Part shown: piece by piece, positions 52,632-64,000 of the stretch | Layout: each line of letters opens with the position of its first letter | How positions within the stretch are numbered: the first letter of the stretch is position 1 | Source: Rhizophagus irregularis | Lineage: Eukaryota | Direction: 5' to 3' | Length of the DNA: 64,000 nucleotides | Assembly (NCBI RefSeq): GCF_026210795.1 | Contig: NC_089430.1 | Location: 4,092,001 to 4,156,000 of the forward strand | Notes under the pieces: model-generated | The model's database searches: none | What the model saw: only the letters and a program-made list of their open reading frames with translations | What the model was told of the DNA's origin: nothing | Position numbers and translations under genes: made by a program

Positions 52632-52970
52632 ATCTAGAGCCTGTTAGTCCTTTAGTTGATCAATTGCTAAAGGCTTGGATCCTGGAATGGTTGTGCGACG
52701 TGTTTCAAAAACATGAAAAATAGTGAGAGGAGTGTTGTTACCACGCCGTGGGACTTCCCCCTTGCTATCGCGTAACGACTTCAGGGCCTATGCTCAAAGT
52801 TTCAGTCTTAACTGATGTGTCTAGAACCTATTAGCCCTTTAGTCGATTACTTGCTAAAGGCTTGGATTCCGGAATAGTTATGCGACGTGTTTCAAAAACA
52901 TGAAAAAATAGTGAGAGGAGTATTGTTACCACGCCTTGGGACTTCCCTTTTGCTATCGCATAATGACTTT
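52632..52970. repeat. Two diverged direct copies of a ~150 bp relatively GC-rich unit
   Basis: TCTAGA…TTGCTAAAGGCTTGGAT…TGCGACGTGTTTCAAAA…GGGACTTCCC…TTGCTATCGC at 52632-52781 and 52820-52970. Confidence 0.85.
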
Positions 52971-55020
52971 GAAATAAGCTCTGCAGTTTCAATTGGAGAT
53001 GATAAGTGACAGCGTCTTACGAATCTGGGGACTTTCTTATAGTAAAAGTTGTTCCAATTTTACAACTCTGGTCTTGAACTCAGCATTTTCTTCCATAGCT
53101 ACCACTTTTTTCTAAGTTCCAAGAATCTAAGCATTTCTTTTATACAAGATCGGGTAATCTCAATTAAGAGCAGTTCTCTTAATGAATTAACGATTGCGTT
53201 TGACATTGTTATTGAAAGATGTGGATTTATTCAAAACTTCGAATTAGCGCGCGATATGGGCGATTTTTCACAGAAGTGGAAAAATGCTAGAGAAGTAAAT
53301 GAAATGTGTGATGTTATCGAAGAGGAGAGAGTACGCGACCCTCTACATTTTCCTTTATTTTTCAACTAGAGTAATATTATCTTCGGGTGATTTGGTGTAT
53401 AGTGCTTGCGTCCTATGTAAAGTTTCTTTGTTTGGTTGATGCCTACACTTGAATCTTAGGCCATTTAATGCGAGTCCCAGCATCATGTTATTCCTTTTAT
53501 TTCTTTGCTCTTTCACATTTCCGGTAAATTTCTACGTCTTTTTGTCTATTGGTCTCTTAGGAATGAAACTAGAAATGCCTCGGTATATGGAACTTTATTT
53601 TCGTATTTTCTTTTTTTTTATGACCGCTTTTTTAAGGAAGTGGAACTAGAAACGTCTTGATAGGTGCTTTTACTACCTTTTCTTTTTTTAGAATTGCTTT
53701 TTTTATCAGTCAATGGATTGATTTTTTTCTTTTATTTCTTTTAACCGGTAGTTCTTTCTTCTTTCTTTTTTTTAGGGCCACTCTTTTTTTAGGAAGTAAG
53801 AATAGGACTAGAAAGGCTAGAATCTAACGCATTGATTGCAAAAATCATTATTTAAATTTGCAGTAATAGCATTAATGATTTTAAAAGATAATAAATTACA
53901 GTATTTTATAATTATTTTTTATTCGCTTTTTTAACATCATATTTGGCATCTGTTATACGTGATCAGCTCACTTTTTTGTTTGGAAAGAAGTTTTTTTCCC
54001 ATTGTCAAAAAAATTTTTATAGACATCATTATAAGCTAATCTAAAAAAAGCATAACCTAAATTACATAAAAATGTTATGCATCATACTAGCATTTTCAAC
54101 GAGCTTGATAACAGGTTTAAATAATATCTCTATTATAGGAATGGCTTACATGAGTTATATAATCATGTAATGAAAAAAAGATATATGAATATAAGCAAGT
54201 AAAACGGAGATTGTCCACAAATCGGATTTATTTAAAGAATTAGGTTGTCGATAATCCGTATCTAATGGATAACTAATGGAGTTTATTAAGAGCTATTTAA
54301 CTTTAAAATCTATTTTAATAACTTTGATTGTCGTTAAGAGAGAGAACAGCTTTTAGAGATTAAGATCGAAGATCGTCGTCTCTATTTAGATCATTTTTGT
54401 ACTTATAAAAAAACCTAAACTTTAACTCGGAAAAATTAATAATATATTGTGACATGTTACATTTGATCGCTTGATAAGTTATGAAGTTACTGTAAAAATG
54501 ATAGGAAAGAGTGTTCAGAAATGACAGAGTAAAAATAAGATAACCTTGCTTAATTAATTATATTTACGACTTGATTCATTCAAATATATGAATATTTACT
54601 ACGTACGCTCAACTATAAGTAAATAATAATTATTCTGTAAAAAATAAGCTATTTAGGAATTATTTCATGAGGATTGAAGGATTTTATACCAGATGATCCC
54701 GAATGGTATTTCTTTATTTCTTATGTAATGTAATACATTACCAATTGCTTAAATACTTAAGCAATGCACCTAAATACTGCACTAATTACGTTATAAGTTT
54801 ATCGTAAGGTCCTTTATGTGGAATTTTTTTAAATTTTTTTAACTCTAATTTCATAATATTTAATTATAATTTTTCGTTATCTTTTTTTTTTATAGCAATA
54901 TTTACAATATTTACTAAAATTGAAATGATGATTGTGTCCAAGACACATAAACCCTTAATTAATCTATACGAATTTCTTGAAGTAAGCTGATATAAAGAAG
55001 AAATCAATGTAACTTAATTG

Positions 55021-55165
55021 GGTCTGGCTCATTTCACCGACAATCATTTCACCGAAATCCTACCCTAACCTAATCACAACCCTAATTTTCTTACCTAACC
55101 CTAACTTTAATCCTAAATTCCCTTGTCGGTGAGATGACCCTGTGAAACGTCTGTCGGTGAGATAA
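55021..55165. mobile_element. Small element with inverted CACCGA/TCGGTG motifs flanking telomere-like CCCTAA repeats
   Basis: ATTTCACCGA x2 on left, GTCGGTGA x3 on right, degenerate CCTAA units between. Confidence 0.6.
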
Positions 55166-56199
55166 TCGTCGGTGAAAGTGAAGTGAATGCGACCTCTTTT
55201 TGGGGTGAAAAAGTTTTTATGAAGGGAGAAGAAACGGTTATGTATCTTCCTTCATAATAGATAAAAATTCAGATAATCCTAGATATTTTGAAGGTGCAAT
55301 TCAAGATACAAGACTGGAACAAAACTTTCCATTTGTGCACGTAAATTAAAAGAAGACCAATGGGTAATTATAATTAATAATGGTTGATATATTCAATCAT
55401 GGATAATAGCTACGCGCACGTTCATTTCAATACTCATAAAAGTGTAAGTGAATTTATGATAGAATGAAGGGAAAGTAACTTGAAGGTCCGAAGGGTATTA
55501 TTAGGTTCAAAAGAACACATTAAAGAATCAAAATTAATTACCTTAAGGATTAAGGTAAGTTTTTTTTCATTGTATTTTCCGCTTTTGACCTTATGTTATA
55601 ATTTAACCACTTTTTTACTTTATCAAATGAAGAACAGGATTAACAAAATCAAAATCTCCAACCTATCGAGCTTCCCGAACCAACAGGAGAACAGACGCAA
55701 CAAAACCAAAATCTCCAGTCAATTGTACCCTCTCCAAATCTACCGAAGAACAGGTGCAAAATCTCCAACCTATTGCAAACCCCAAACCTACCGAAGAATC
55801 ATCTGAATATGATTTACGAATTCAATTTATCGAACCAAATTCAAAACTTAAAAGATTTTGTCAATAATGAGGTATAAACTATGTATTACTTGATTTCATA
55901 GTACTTTTGGTTAAAAAAATCAATCAATATTACAAACCTTGCACTTTGGGTAAGATCTTGATAATTATATTTTTTATTTTAGCCAATTTTTTTTTTTTAT
56001 AATAGAATGAATTAGTCCAAAATTTATGACGTTACCCTAGAAAATAATATCACAAAAAATTGAATGTGAAAATCCAATTCCTTCAATTGGAAAATAACAC
56101 TTAAGCGAAAAGTAGAAGAACTTGAAGTAGATCTACATATTCAAAAATCAAAATCAAAGAAGAGGACAACATAAATCACATATATATAATGAAATATTA

Positions 56200-56458
56200 A
56201 CGTATTTTGCGGGCCACAATGTACAGTACCCTATATGAATTTATTTTTTGGTTTTTTAAAGTATCCGGATATTTTGCAGGGAGATATTCGATTTTTAACC
56301 TTCAAAATTTGTAAAATACCCAGGGTATAATACTAGGAAATAAATTACGCAATATAAATTCCTGTACCCCCTAAGCGCTTCATGTAATATACCCCGGATA
56401 TAACCTCCTAAAGTATGTACCATACCCCGGCCCGGGTACTATGGCTCGCAAAATACGG
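56200..56458. mobile_element. pogo/Tc2-like MITE, related to 18614-18925
   Basis: TA|ACGTATTTTGCGGGCCAC … GTACTATGGCTCGCAAAATACGG|TA. Confidence 0.8.
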
Positions 56459-57925
56459 TAAACGTTAAATTCGAATTCAATTACACAATTTTTTATTATT
56501 CAGTATAAGGAGTATTGAAGGGACAACTATTTTCCATAAAGCAGTACTTTATTTGACGTGTATATATTCGATTATAAAGTCGACTGGAATGATGATCAAA
56601 TCCCGTGTAACCAGGAAATTGTAGTAAAATTTTATAATTTCCTGAAAGAAATCAAATTTCGAAAAAAAAAACTTTGAAATTGTTATTTTTTCATCAGGTT
56701 TCATAAGATTTTTTCTTTCTTTTTTTTTTCATTTATTAAAAGGAATCAACTAAATTAATTTTTAATATTTTTAAAATTCGGAAGTTTCCAATTACCATTT
56801 TTATTTTTATTGTCGGTATTGTGAATTTGTGATCTTTGAAGGATTTCTATTTTGGGCTTTATTATAAATTCTACAATACAATTAAAAAAAGTAAACAATT
56901 CTTTTTTTTTAAAAGAAAAAAGAAAGAAAAAATAAGGAAAAATATTAGTAAAAAAATCTATTTGAAGGATCTAGGTATTCAATCCCCTAAAAAAAAAATT
57001 TATTTTTAGATGAACTGAGCAGCGAAATTGAATATACGGTAAATTTACCTTTAAAGTATTATATTTTAAAGCATTATATTTCTGTTTAAATCCTAATTTT
57101 AACAGATAATCGTAAAGGTTCATAATTTTAATTAGTAAATAATGGCTACTGCTGCGGCTGCGGTTTGTGGTACAGTATTTTTTTATCAAAATCTATTTAT
57201 AATATTTATCATATGTCATAGCATTTCCCGATCCGAATTGTAACAAAGAAAAAATGTCACTTCACGTCAATGCATCACTTTATAAAGATATATATATATC
57301 TACCATAATTCAATGCACATAACAATAGTAATTAGATACATTACAGTTATTTGAATACATTGTGTTTACGTAAAATAAATTCTAAAAGGATGATTAAAGA
57401 AATATAATAAATTTAGTTTTGGAAACAATCTTATTTAAAAAAATTTTTTTTTCTTGTGTTGTTTTTTTGTTCTTTGTTTCAATACACGTGTAATTAATGA
57501 TACTATAGCGCGTCAATCAAAGTAATTTACATTTAAGAATGATTAAACGTAGTCTAACAAATTTGACACAATAGAAGTTTTTATAAATTATTGGGCAAAT
57601 TCCTTTCATTTTCTTCAGCCTCTTCAGCCTCTAGTAAGTAATACATTCACCATTGGCGTACACATTGATTGATACATTCAGTTGTAAAATAAAATGGCAA
57701 TAATTCAATAATTATAACAATAGGCTTATTGACATTATAAAATCGTAAGCATTGTTCATTATTTTAAATTGCTTAGTTCCTTTTAAGTGATTATTATGTT
57801 CAACTAATTATTACAACACTAGGCTCACGTGTTGAAATTTAATCAGTTACGTTAATTACAAAAATGCATAAATACCACAAATATTACACCTAAATTGTCA
57901 TCTCAAAACATTTTTTTTTTTCGAT

Positions 57926-58372
57926 ATGAACATACAACGGTTTAAATATCATGTACTCGCAAATTTTAATAGAATCATTCGACATCGTAATGTACAAACA
58001 CTCGCGGATCTATCATGGGGTAGAAGATTAACCGGAAAAGATTTAGTAAATCAATGTGTAATCCGGGAAGCTCATAGATTGCAAATTTATGATCGGAATA
58101 TAATTGATTTAACAACGAATTTTATTTGGAATGATTTATCACCTTCGCGAAGGAATCATTTCAATGGAATTGCAAATAATGCAAATAATATAAACCGGAA
58201 TCGTATGTTAAGAATTAATTCGATAGATAACACTGACTCTCTTAATCGAATCGCTCAAATCACTTATCAACAAATTACAAGTAATTATCTAGAACAAAAT
58301 TTTTACAACGGAACGAATTTTAACGATAATAATAGTTTCGAATCCTCAATTTTACCGTCTGGATTTCAATAA
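57926..58372 (+). CDS. Hypothetical protein, divergent HMG-box-like
   Basis: 148-aa ORF; RRLTGKDL…IIDLTTNFIWNDLSPSRRNHFNGIANNAN resembles HMG helices 2-3. Confidence 0.5.
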   Translation: MNIQRFKYHVLANFNRIIRHRNVQTLADLSWGRRLTGKDLVNQCVIREAHRLQIYDRNIIDLTTNFIWNDLSPSRRNHFNGIANNANNINRNRMLRINSIDNTDSLNRIAQITYQQITSNYLEQNFYNGTNFNDNNSFESSILPSGFQ

Positions 58373-59415
58373 GATTGAAAAATATTTTTTTTTTTTCGTT
58401 ACTCATCGTACCCTACAGCAATATTCTCGTTTCTTTCCTTATTTTAAATTACATAGATTATATATACACTTTTTCATTTTTTTCGTTTTTTGATTATAAC
58501 ATTTTTCTCATTCGTTATTAGCATATATATAACGCGTAGTTAGTTCCGTTATTACACTTAACATACGATACTTTCCATTTTATGTTTGTACATTTTCTCA
58601 TTCGTTATGATTTCTACACTATACATTTGCACATTATGTTACACATTCATTTATAATTACATCTTTTAAGATCATTCCCCATTTATAGATATTATACATA
58701 CATACAATAAGTCAATTATGCTATACATATTACATTCTATACGTATCTTTTATTATTGTTTTACAAAATTTTTTAGAATAGTTTAATATTTTATAAGGTC
58801 AAACAGTGTTCGACAAACACTAGATATTTTATTTATTACGAACGCATATTCACGTTATTACACATACATACAATAAGTCAATAGGTCAATTATGCACATA
58901 TTCATTTGTATTATTTTACATAATTTTTTAGAATATTATTTTTTAAGGTCAAACATGCTCGTTCCACTTATTATATCTCGTTTGGAGAACAGGGAGAGGG
59001 GAAGTTTTTTTTAATAATCGAATTATGTTATCCTCACTTTCAGTGTTAGTTGAGGACCAAAAGGATTTATTGATAAGATAGAAAATTAATTAAGCACTTC
59101 ATATGTATAAATAACACAGAAATTGCAATTTTCATCATTAAGAACATTAAGGTATACTTAATAAAGAGAAAAAGAAAAAGATCTTTTATTTTTAATTTTA
59201 TGAAGTGGAAGTGTATTAAAGCTTTTAAACCAATGATAAAAATTTATTGTAAATTATTTTTAATCGTGTAAATTCGTTGAAATGTGTTCTTTAATGATTG
59301 AAAGCTTTGAAATTATTTTTAAAGGAAATCGAAGCGAAGAAAACAAAATTAATTTGTTTACGTAACATTTATTTATTTATTTTATGTTATATAAATTTCG
59401 TGATAATATCGTATA

Positions 59416-59641
59416 TCGTATATCATGGGGCCATAGTACGTTAGTACCCCAACTACCCCATGTATAGTAAGTATCCTCTCAAAAAAGATTTTCCTAAATT
59501 TTGATATCCGATTGATATGTAAAATATATGTGCTTGTATTCCCCCATGTATAGTATCCACCCATGTAATATAGCCCCGGGTACAAGTTCAAAACCTCCGA
59601 AATTTGTAAGATACCCGGGTACTATAGCTCGTGATATACGA
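59416..59641. mobile_element. pogo/Tc2-like MITE, related family, decayed
   Basis: TA|TCGTATATCATGGGGCCATAGTAC … GTACTATAGCTCGTGATATACGA|TA. Confidence 0.75.
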
Positions 59642-60020
59642 TAGTTTTAGTAAATTCATTGTTATCGCATTATGCACATCTATGATGGATTTGATCGAGA
59701 TTTTTTTTTTGTGATTTTTTTTTTATTATTGCGAAGATATCCGAGCCGCACAGTTGTACAGTAGATAAACGCCTATAGGCTTATTGTATCATACTCTCGA
59801 TAAGCAAGATGGTATGTTAATATTTGAAAATTTTTTCACACCTACGGCTAATAGTATATTAAAAAGACATGTAACAGGCAAAAAATAAAAAAATTTAGAT
59901 TGTAATTCTATCAGAATACTATTCGTAATATTTCAATATTATTGCAAAAAAGAGTATTCTGAAAGAGGAGTTATGAAACTTTTATATTTTTTACTATTAA
60001 TTATGAGCCCATGGCGGAAT

Positions 60021-60240
60021 TCTACCTTTTTTTTTTAACGGTCATAAATTCATTTCGTATTTATTTAAAAAAAAAAAGATTTTTTAGAAAAGTTAAAAAT
60101 TATTCAAACGATATCCATCCTTTGAGTTAATATTTTAAACATCTCTACCTTTTTTTTACGGTCATAAATTCATTTCGTATTAATTAAAAAAAAAAAGATT
60201 TTTAAAGAAAGTTAAAAATTGTTCAAGCAATATCCATCCC
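60021..60240. repeat. Tandem duplication of a ~120 bp unit
   Basis: TCTACCTTTT…ACGGTCATAAATTCATTTCGTATT…ATATCCATCC twice. Confidence 0.85.
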
Positions 60241-60449
60241 TTAATAAGTTATAATAGAGATTAGGTAATTAGTATAATATCAATTCATCTAAATAATGTA
60301 TTTTGAATTTACATATAAGGTATATAACATTATATTGTATTTAATTAATGAAATTTTATTAGTAAACTTTTGTAAATTTTGATTTAAACTTGTGTAATAA
60401 AATTATTAAGTAAAGTTCATCCTTATTATGTAGATGATTATATTGGATT

Positions 60450-60552
60450 GGGGGTCTTCACAAAAAACGTGATTGAGATTGAGATTGAAATTTAGAAAAT
60501 TCTATATGAAATCTCAATCTCAATCTCAATCACGTTTTTTGTGAAGACCCCC
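60450..60552. mobile_element. 103-bp hairpin MITE (possibly Mutator-like)
   Basis: 39-bp perfect inverted arms GGGGGTCTTCACAAAAAACGTGATTGAGATTGAGATTGA; TATTGGATT at 60441-60449 and 60555-60563. Confidence 0.8.
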
Positions 60553-61594
60553 ATTATTGGATTACTCATCTCCTCCTGCTATCCTGATCACTTATAAAAT
60601 CACTATTTTGAGAAGTGAATGAAAGGGAGCTTCTCTTCGATGGGGAAAATAAAATTTATAATGATTCCATTTCATTTTGTTAATAAATAACTCTTGCTAA
60701 ATAAATAAATCTTTTTAAATAAATAAATATCTTTTGAACCTTTCTTGGTGCTCGATTTTTGATGTAATTTGGTAATTCAAGCATCTATTAAAATTTTTTT
60801 TTTTTTAAAAAAAAAGAATTTATTAAAAAACATATACATTAATTATATATATTTAATTCTTTTTTTTTTTAAAGAAAAAAAAAAAAAATCTTTCCTATAA
60901 ACATGTAATAAAATTCATAATATGAGAATTATAGATAAAATAATCACTAAAATATGTGGACTTCATATAATATACTAAAAATCAATCAAAACGCTCACAA
61001 ATTCCTTTGCATCCACCTTATTCACACTATCACATTAATAAAATAATATATGAGACGTTATAATAGGACATTGATAATAGGTAAGGTTGGCAAATTAAAA
61101 GAATGAAAGAAAGAAATAAAAAAAATTTATGAAGAAAAAAAAATAATTGGATTTTTACAGTAAATATAATTTGTAAAAAATAAAGGAAAAGACCGTTATA
61201 TTACAACATAAATCAAAAAAATGATGACTATACACGAAAATAAAAAAAAAAGGAATGAAATTTACAAAAAAGAAAAAAAATAGATCATATTTACTGTAAG
61301 ATCAATTAATATAAACAAAATGGAATGAGTGATCAAAATTTCTTGGTTAAATTAAACCAAGTGAATTAATAATCTATTAATCTATAAAAAAATCCCATCT
61401 TAAAAAAGAATTTTTCCATGATTTGTTGTTAAAAGAAAAAAAAAATTGTTCCGAAAAAATGTTTCTATATATAAAAAACCCCGAGATCATGTATAACATT
61501 CTGATATTGAAAAAGGAAAAAAAAAACAAAATATTATTAAAACGTACGTTCCGTTCCTTTTTCCTTTTTTTTTTAATAACATATAATAGCATTT

Positions 61595-62697
61595 CTAAAA
61601 ACGATTGAAATTACCTGACATCTCAAATAATATTAAGAATCTAGGTAAAGTTGCCTAAATAACAACAAGATGAAAAATTTCTGAAAATCAATATTATCAA
61701 GAAAAAAAAAATCAACAATATACGCTTACCTTTTCTTTATTTACAATTAAAATTCCTTTCGGGGCCTTTTTTATAACATCAACCACAAACATAGTCTTTA
61801 CTGATTTTACTACCACGCCATTACAATAATAAAGTGACGTACACGGATCGTTTGCAAACCACATTCCTAAATTATGAGTATTATATAAAAAAAAATTTTT
61901 TTAGCATCACTAATATAAATAATATATATATATAGTATTTAAATATGGTCGTTACTATACAGTGACAAATAATTATTTATCACCGTAGTTGTTTTGCCAT
62001 TAAATAATAATCCTAACCCTAATCCTAACTCTAACCCTAACCCTAATCTAACCCTAATACTAATCTAAGTATCACCATAAAGATACTTACTATTTTTCTT
62101 AAATAAACTTTTAGTTTTTGTGTATTTAGTTTTGTTTCCTTGTTGTACAATTCCACATAAGCCACAATCTTTTTCACAAAATTTTCTTTCAACATGAAAC
62201 CTTTCTTTTATCTCTTCCTCCTCATTTTCTTGACTATAACTTAATTCTTCAACAAATCTTTCAGGTGTACAATATGAAGTAGTACCATGAAACATCCTGT
62301 GAGTAATCTCTTCGATACTTTTTCCGGTCCTTTTACTTAAATTTTTTTTATAAGCTTCATGCCGTTTTTCAAGTTTTGTTGGCATACGTAATTCAAATAT
62401 CCCAAGAATTTTTGATTGTGAAAGTGGTCGACCTTTAAATGATGATTTTACTGAAATATAATTTGGATCATTCTGATTTAATAATATCATTTCTGTTTTT
62501 TGAATCTTTATAGGTTTTTGTGAAGGACTAGATGATTTATTATTTGAAGAAGAATTTTTTGTCGAGTCACGTCGGATTAAATACGTTAAACGGGACGAAA
62601 AGGATTTTTTTATGGCGGATGGTGATGAAGGAGAAGACGGGGAAGAAGAATTATTTTGAATGATTGAAGTTTCATTTATTTCACAATTTTGACCCAT
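61595..62697 (-). CDS. ADP-ribosyltransferase (PARP-like) fold protein with N-terminal lipidation motif, 3 exons
   Basis: MGQNC; RMFHGTT…C…CEKDCGLCGIVQQG; RMWFANDPCTSLYY; TMFVVDV; ILIVNKEKATLPRFLILF; exons 62697-62091, 61866-61730, 61654-61595 join in frame. Confidence 0.75.
62010..62065. repeat. Interstitial telomere-like (CCCTAA)n tract in intron 1 of the ART-like gene
   Basis: TCCTAACCCTAATCCTAACTCTAACCCTAACCCTAATCTAACCCTAA. Confidence 0.8.
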
Positions 62698-64000
62698 GAT
62701 TACAACAAATAATCAAAAAAAAAATCCTTTTTATATATAAAAATGTTAAATTTTTTTTTTTTTAGAAAATCTACGAAAGAAATTGACTCTATATATAAGA
62801 TCATAAAAAAAAAGATGGGATTAATTTAAAGTTAAAGGGATTTTCGTATCAAAACAGATAGTCAGCTAGTCAGCTAATATTATATAGAAACCCCCTTTGA
62901 AGATCTTACTAATTTTATACTTTTGTTGTACAAATAAAAGAAGCTTTATTGTAAGTGTATCAGTATCACGAATCAAAACAAAAAAAAAAAATTTGCATCA
63001 TTTGAAATGTTCAATATGGAAAGATTCTTTTTTTTTTTCGTGAAGCTAAATAATCAAGACTCCATGTGCACAAAGAAAAGAAAAAAATTCGAGAAAATGA
63101 TCGGAATGGTCGGAATATTCGGAACATTTGGTCAACGTCGCACGAGTTACTGAATTCCGTAAACAGGGGCGGGCAAATTCGGAAACAACTAAATATAACA
63201 ACCTTGAATAAGGAAAAAGTCTTTTTGTGGAAAATGAGAATAAATCAAGTCCGGAAATTGGTATCATTATTTAAATATATATAAGATTAATGAGATAAAA
63301 TTAGAAAAATTTTTTATCAAAAAAAAAATAAAAAAATAAAAAATTTCACTAATCAATGCGCAGTAAAACAATACAATTGTGAAATCACTTTGTGTTCTTA
63401 AATACGATTTGTTGAAAAAAAAACTTATCATACATATTTTACGCATGTAATATGAAGTCAAATGGCGTTAAATAAACTATAAATAGTTTTACCTGCTGAT
63501 ACATAGTATTTAAAATCATACGCCATTAATCAAATCATTATGTGACAAATTTGATAGTAAAAAAAAAATTTCTTTCATAGAACAATGGGTAAGAAGAAAA
63601 CAAAAGAAAGAGGAAATACCATGAGTAACAAAAAAATGTTGTACTTTAACATTAAACTTCTGCTTACGGTTACATAAGAAGCAAATATACTGTATATACA
63701 TAAATTATAAGTGTCGATATTTTTTAACATACCATAAAACGAACACAACGGCGCAAAAATTAGATCGACGCCTATTTTCTACGGTACAAGCTTTTCACGC
63801 AGTTATTAGAGAAAAGACATATGTTTGCCTCGTTCTATGAAGATATCAAGGATACCTTATTGATAAACGATATAATTTTTTTTCGGGTAGTCAGCCATAA
63901 AGATGTCAAGGAGATTGATGAGTTGAAAAAGTCTCCTTGAACGATATTATAGATACGAGCCTTGTGTTTGGATATCACCTAGCCAGGTTGGGGCCCAATA

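Noticed and set aside
53000..56170. Protein-like fragments (minus 53.0-53.8 kb; plus 54.9-56.2 kb)
   Set aside because: Probably decayed genes, but no family recognisable
63905..63942. Hairpin containing TGATGA…GAAA, hammerhead-like
   Set aside because: Lacks the CTGA core and stems II and III

Overview
AT-rich eukaryotic nuclear DNA with short GT-AG introns; gene content and TE types suggest a Glomeromycotina (Rhizophagus-like) fungus (inference). 1-556: 5' part of CAF40/RCD1. About 0.8-28 kb: deeply nested transposons (pogo/Tigger relic and MITEs, a CAC-ended non-autonomous element, a Plavaka transposase pseudogene, hAT-type elements, a 5'-truncated RNase H-bearing LINE). 28-38 kb: compact housekeeping block (PDB1, ECM31/panB, SEC13, DUF3752 gene, SFT2, VIP36-like lectin). 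38-64 kb: accessory region (Argonaute pseudogene, lipidated CRIB protein, intronless PARG-like gene, PD-(D/E)xK-like gene, HMG-like ORF, lipidated ADP-ribosyltransferase-like gene, MITEs). Most striking: a transposase-less TIR element (4510-9220) carries an apparently non-coding array of 13-14 short introns separated mostly by 31-42 nt micro-exons, in which nearly every 5' splice site and branch point sits in its own covarying hairpin; a second, diverged array of the same design lies at about 23.9-26.0 kb. Coordinates and alignments were done by eye.
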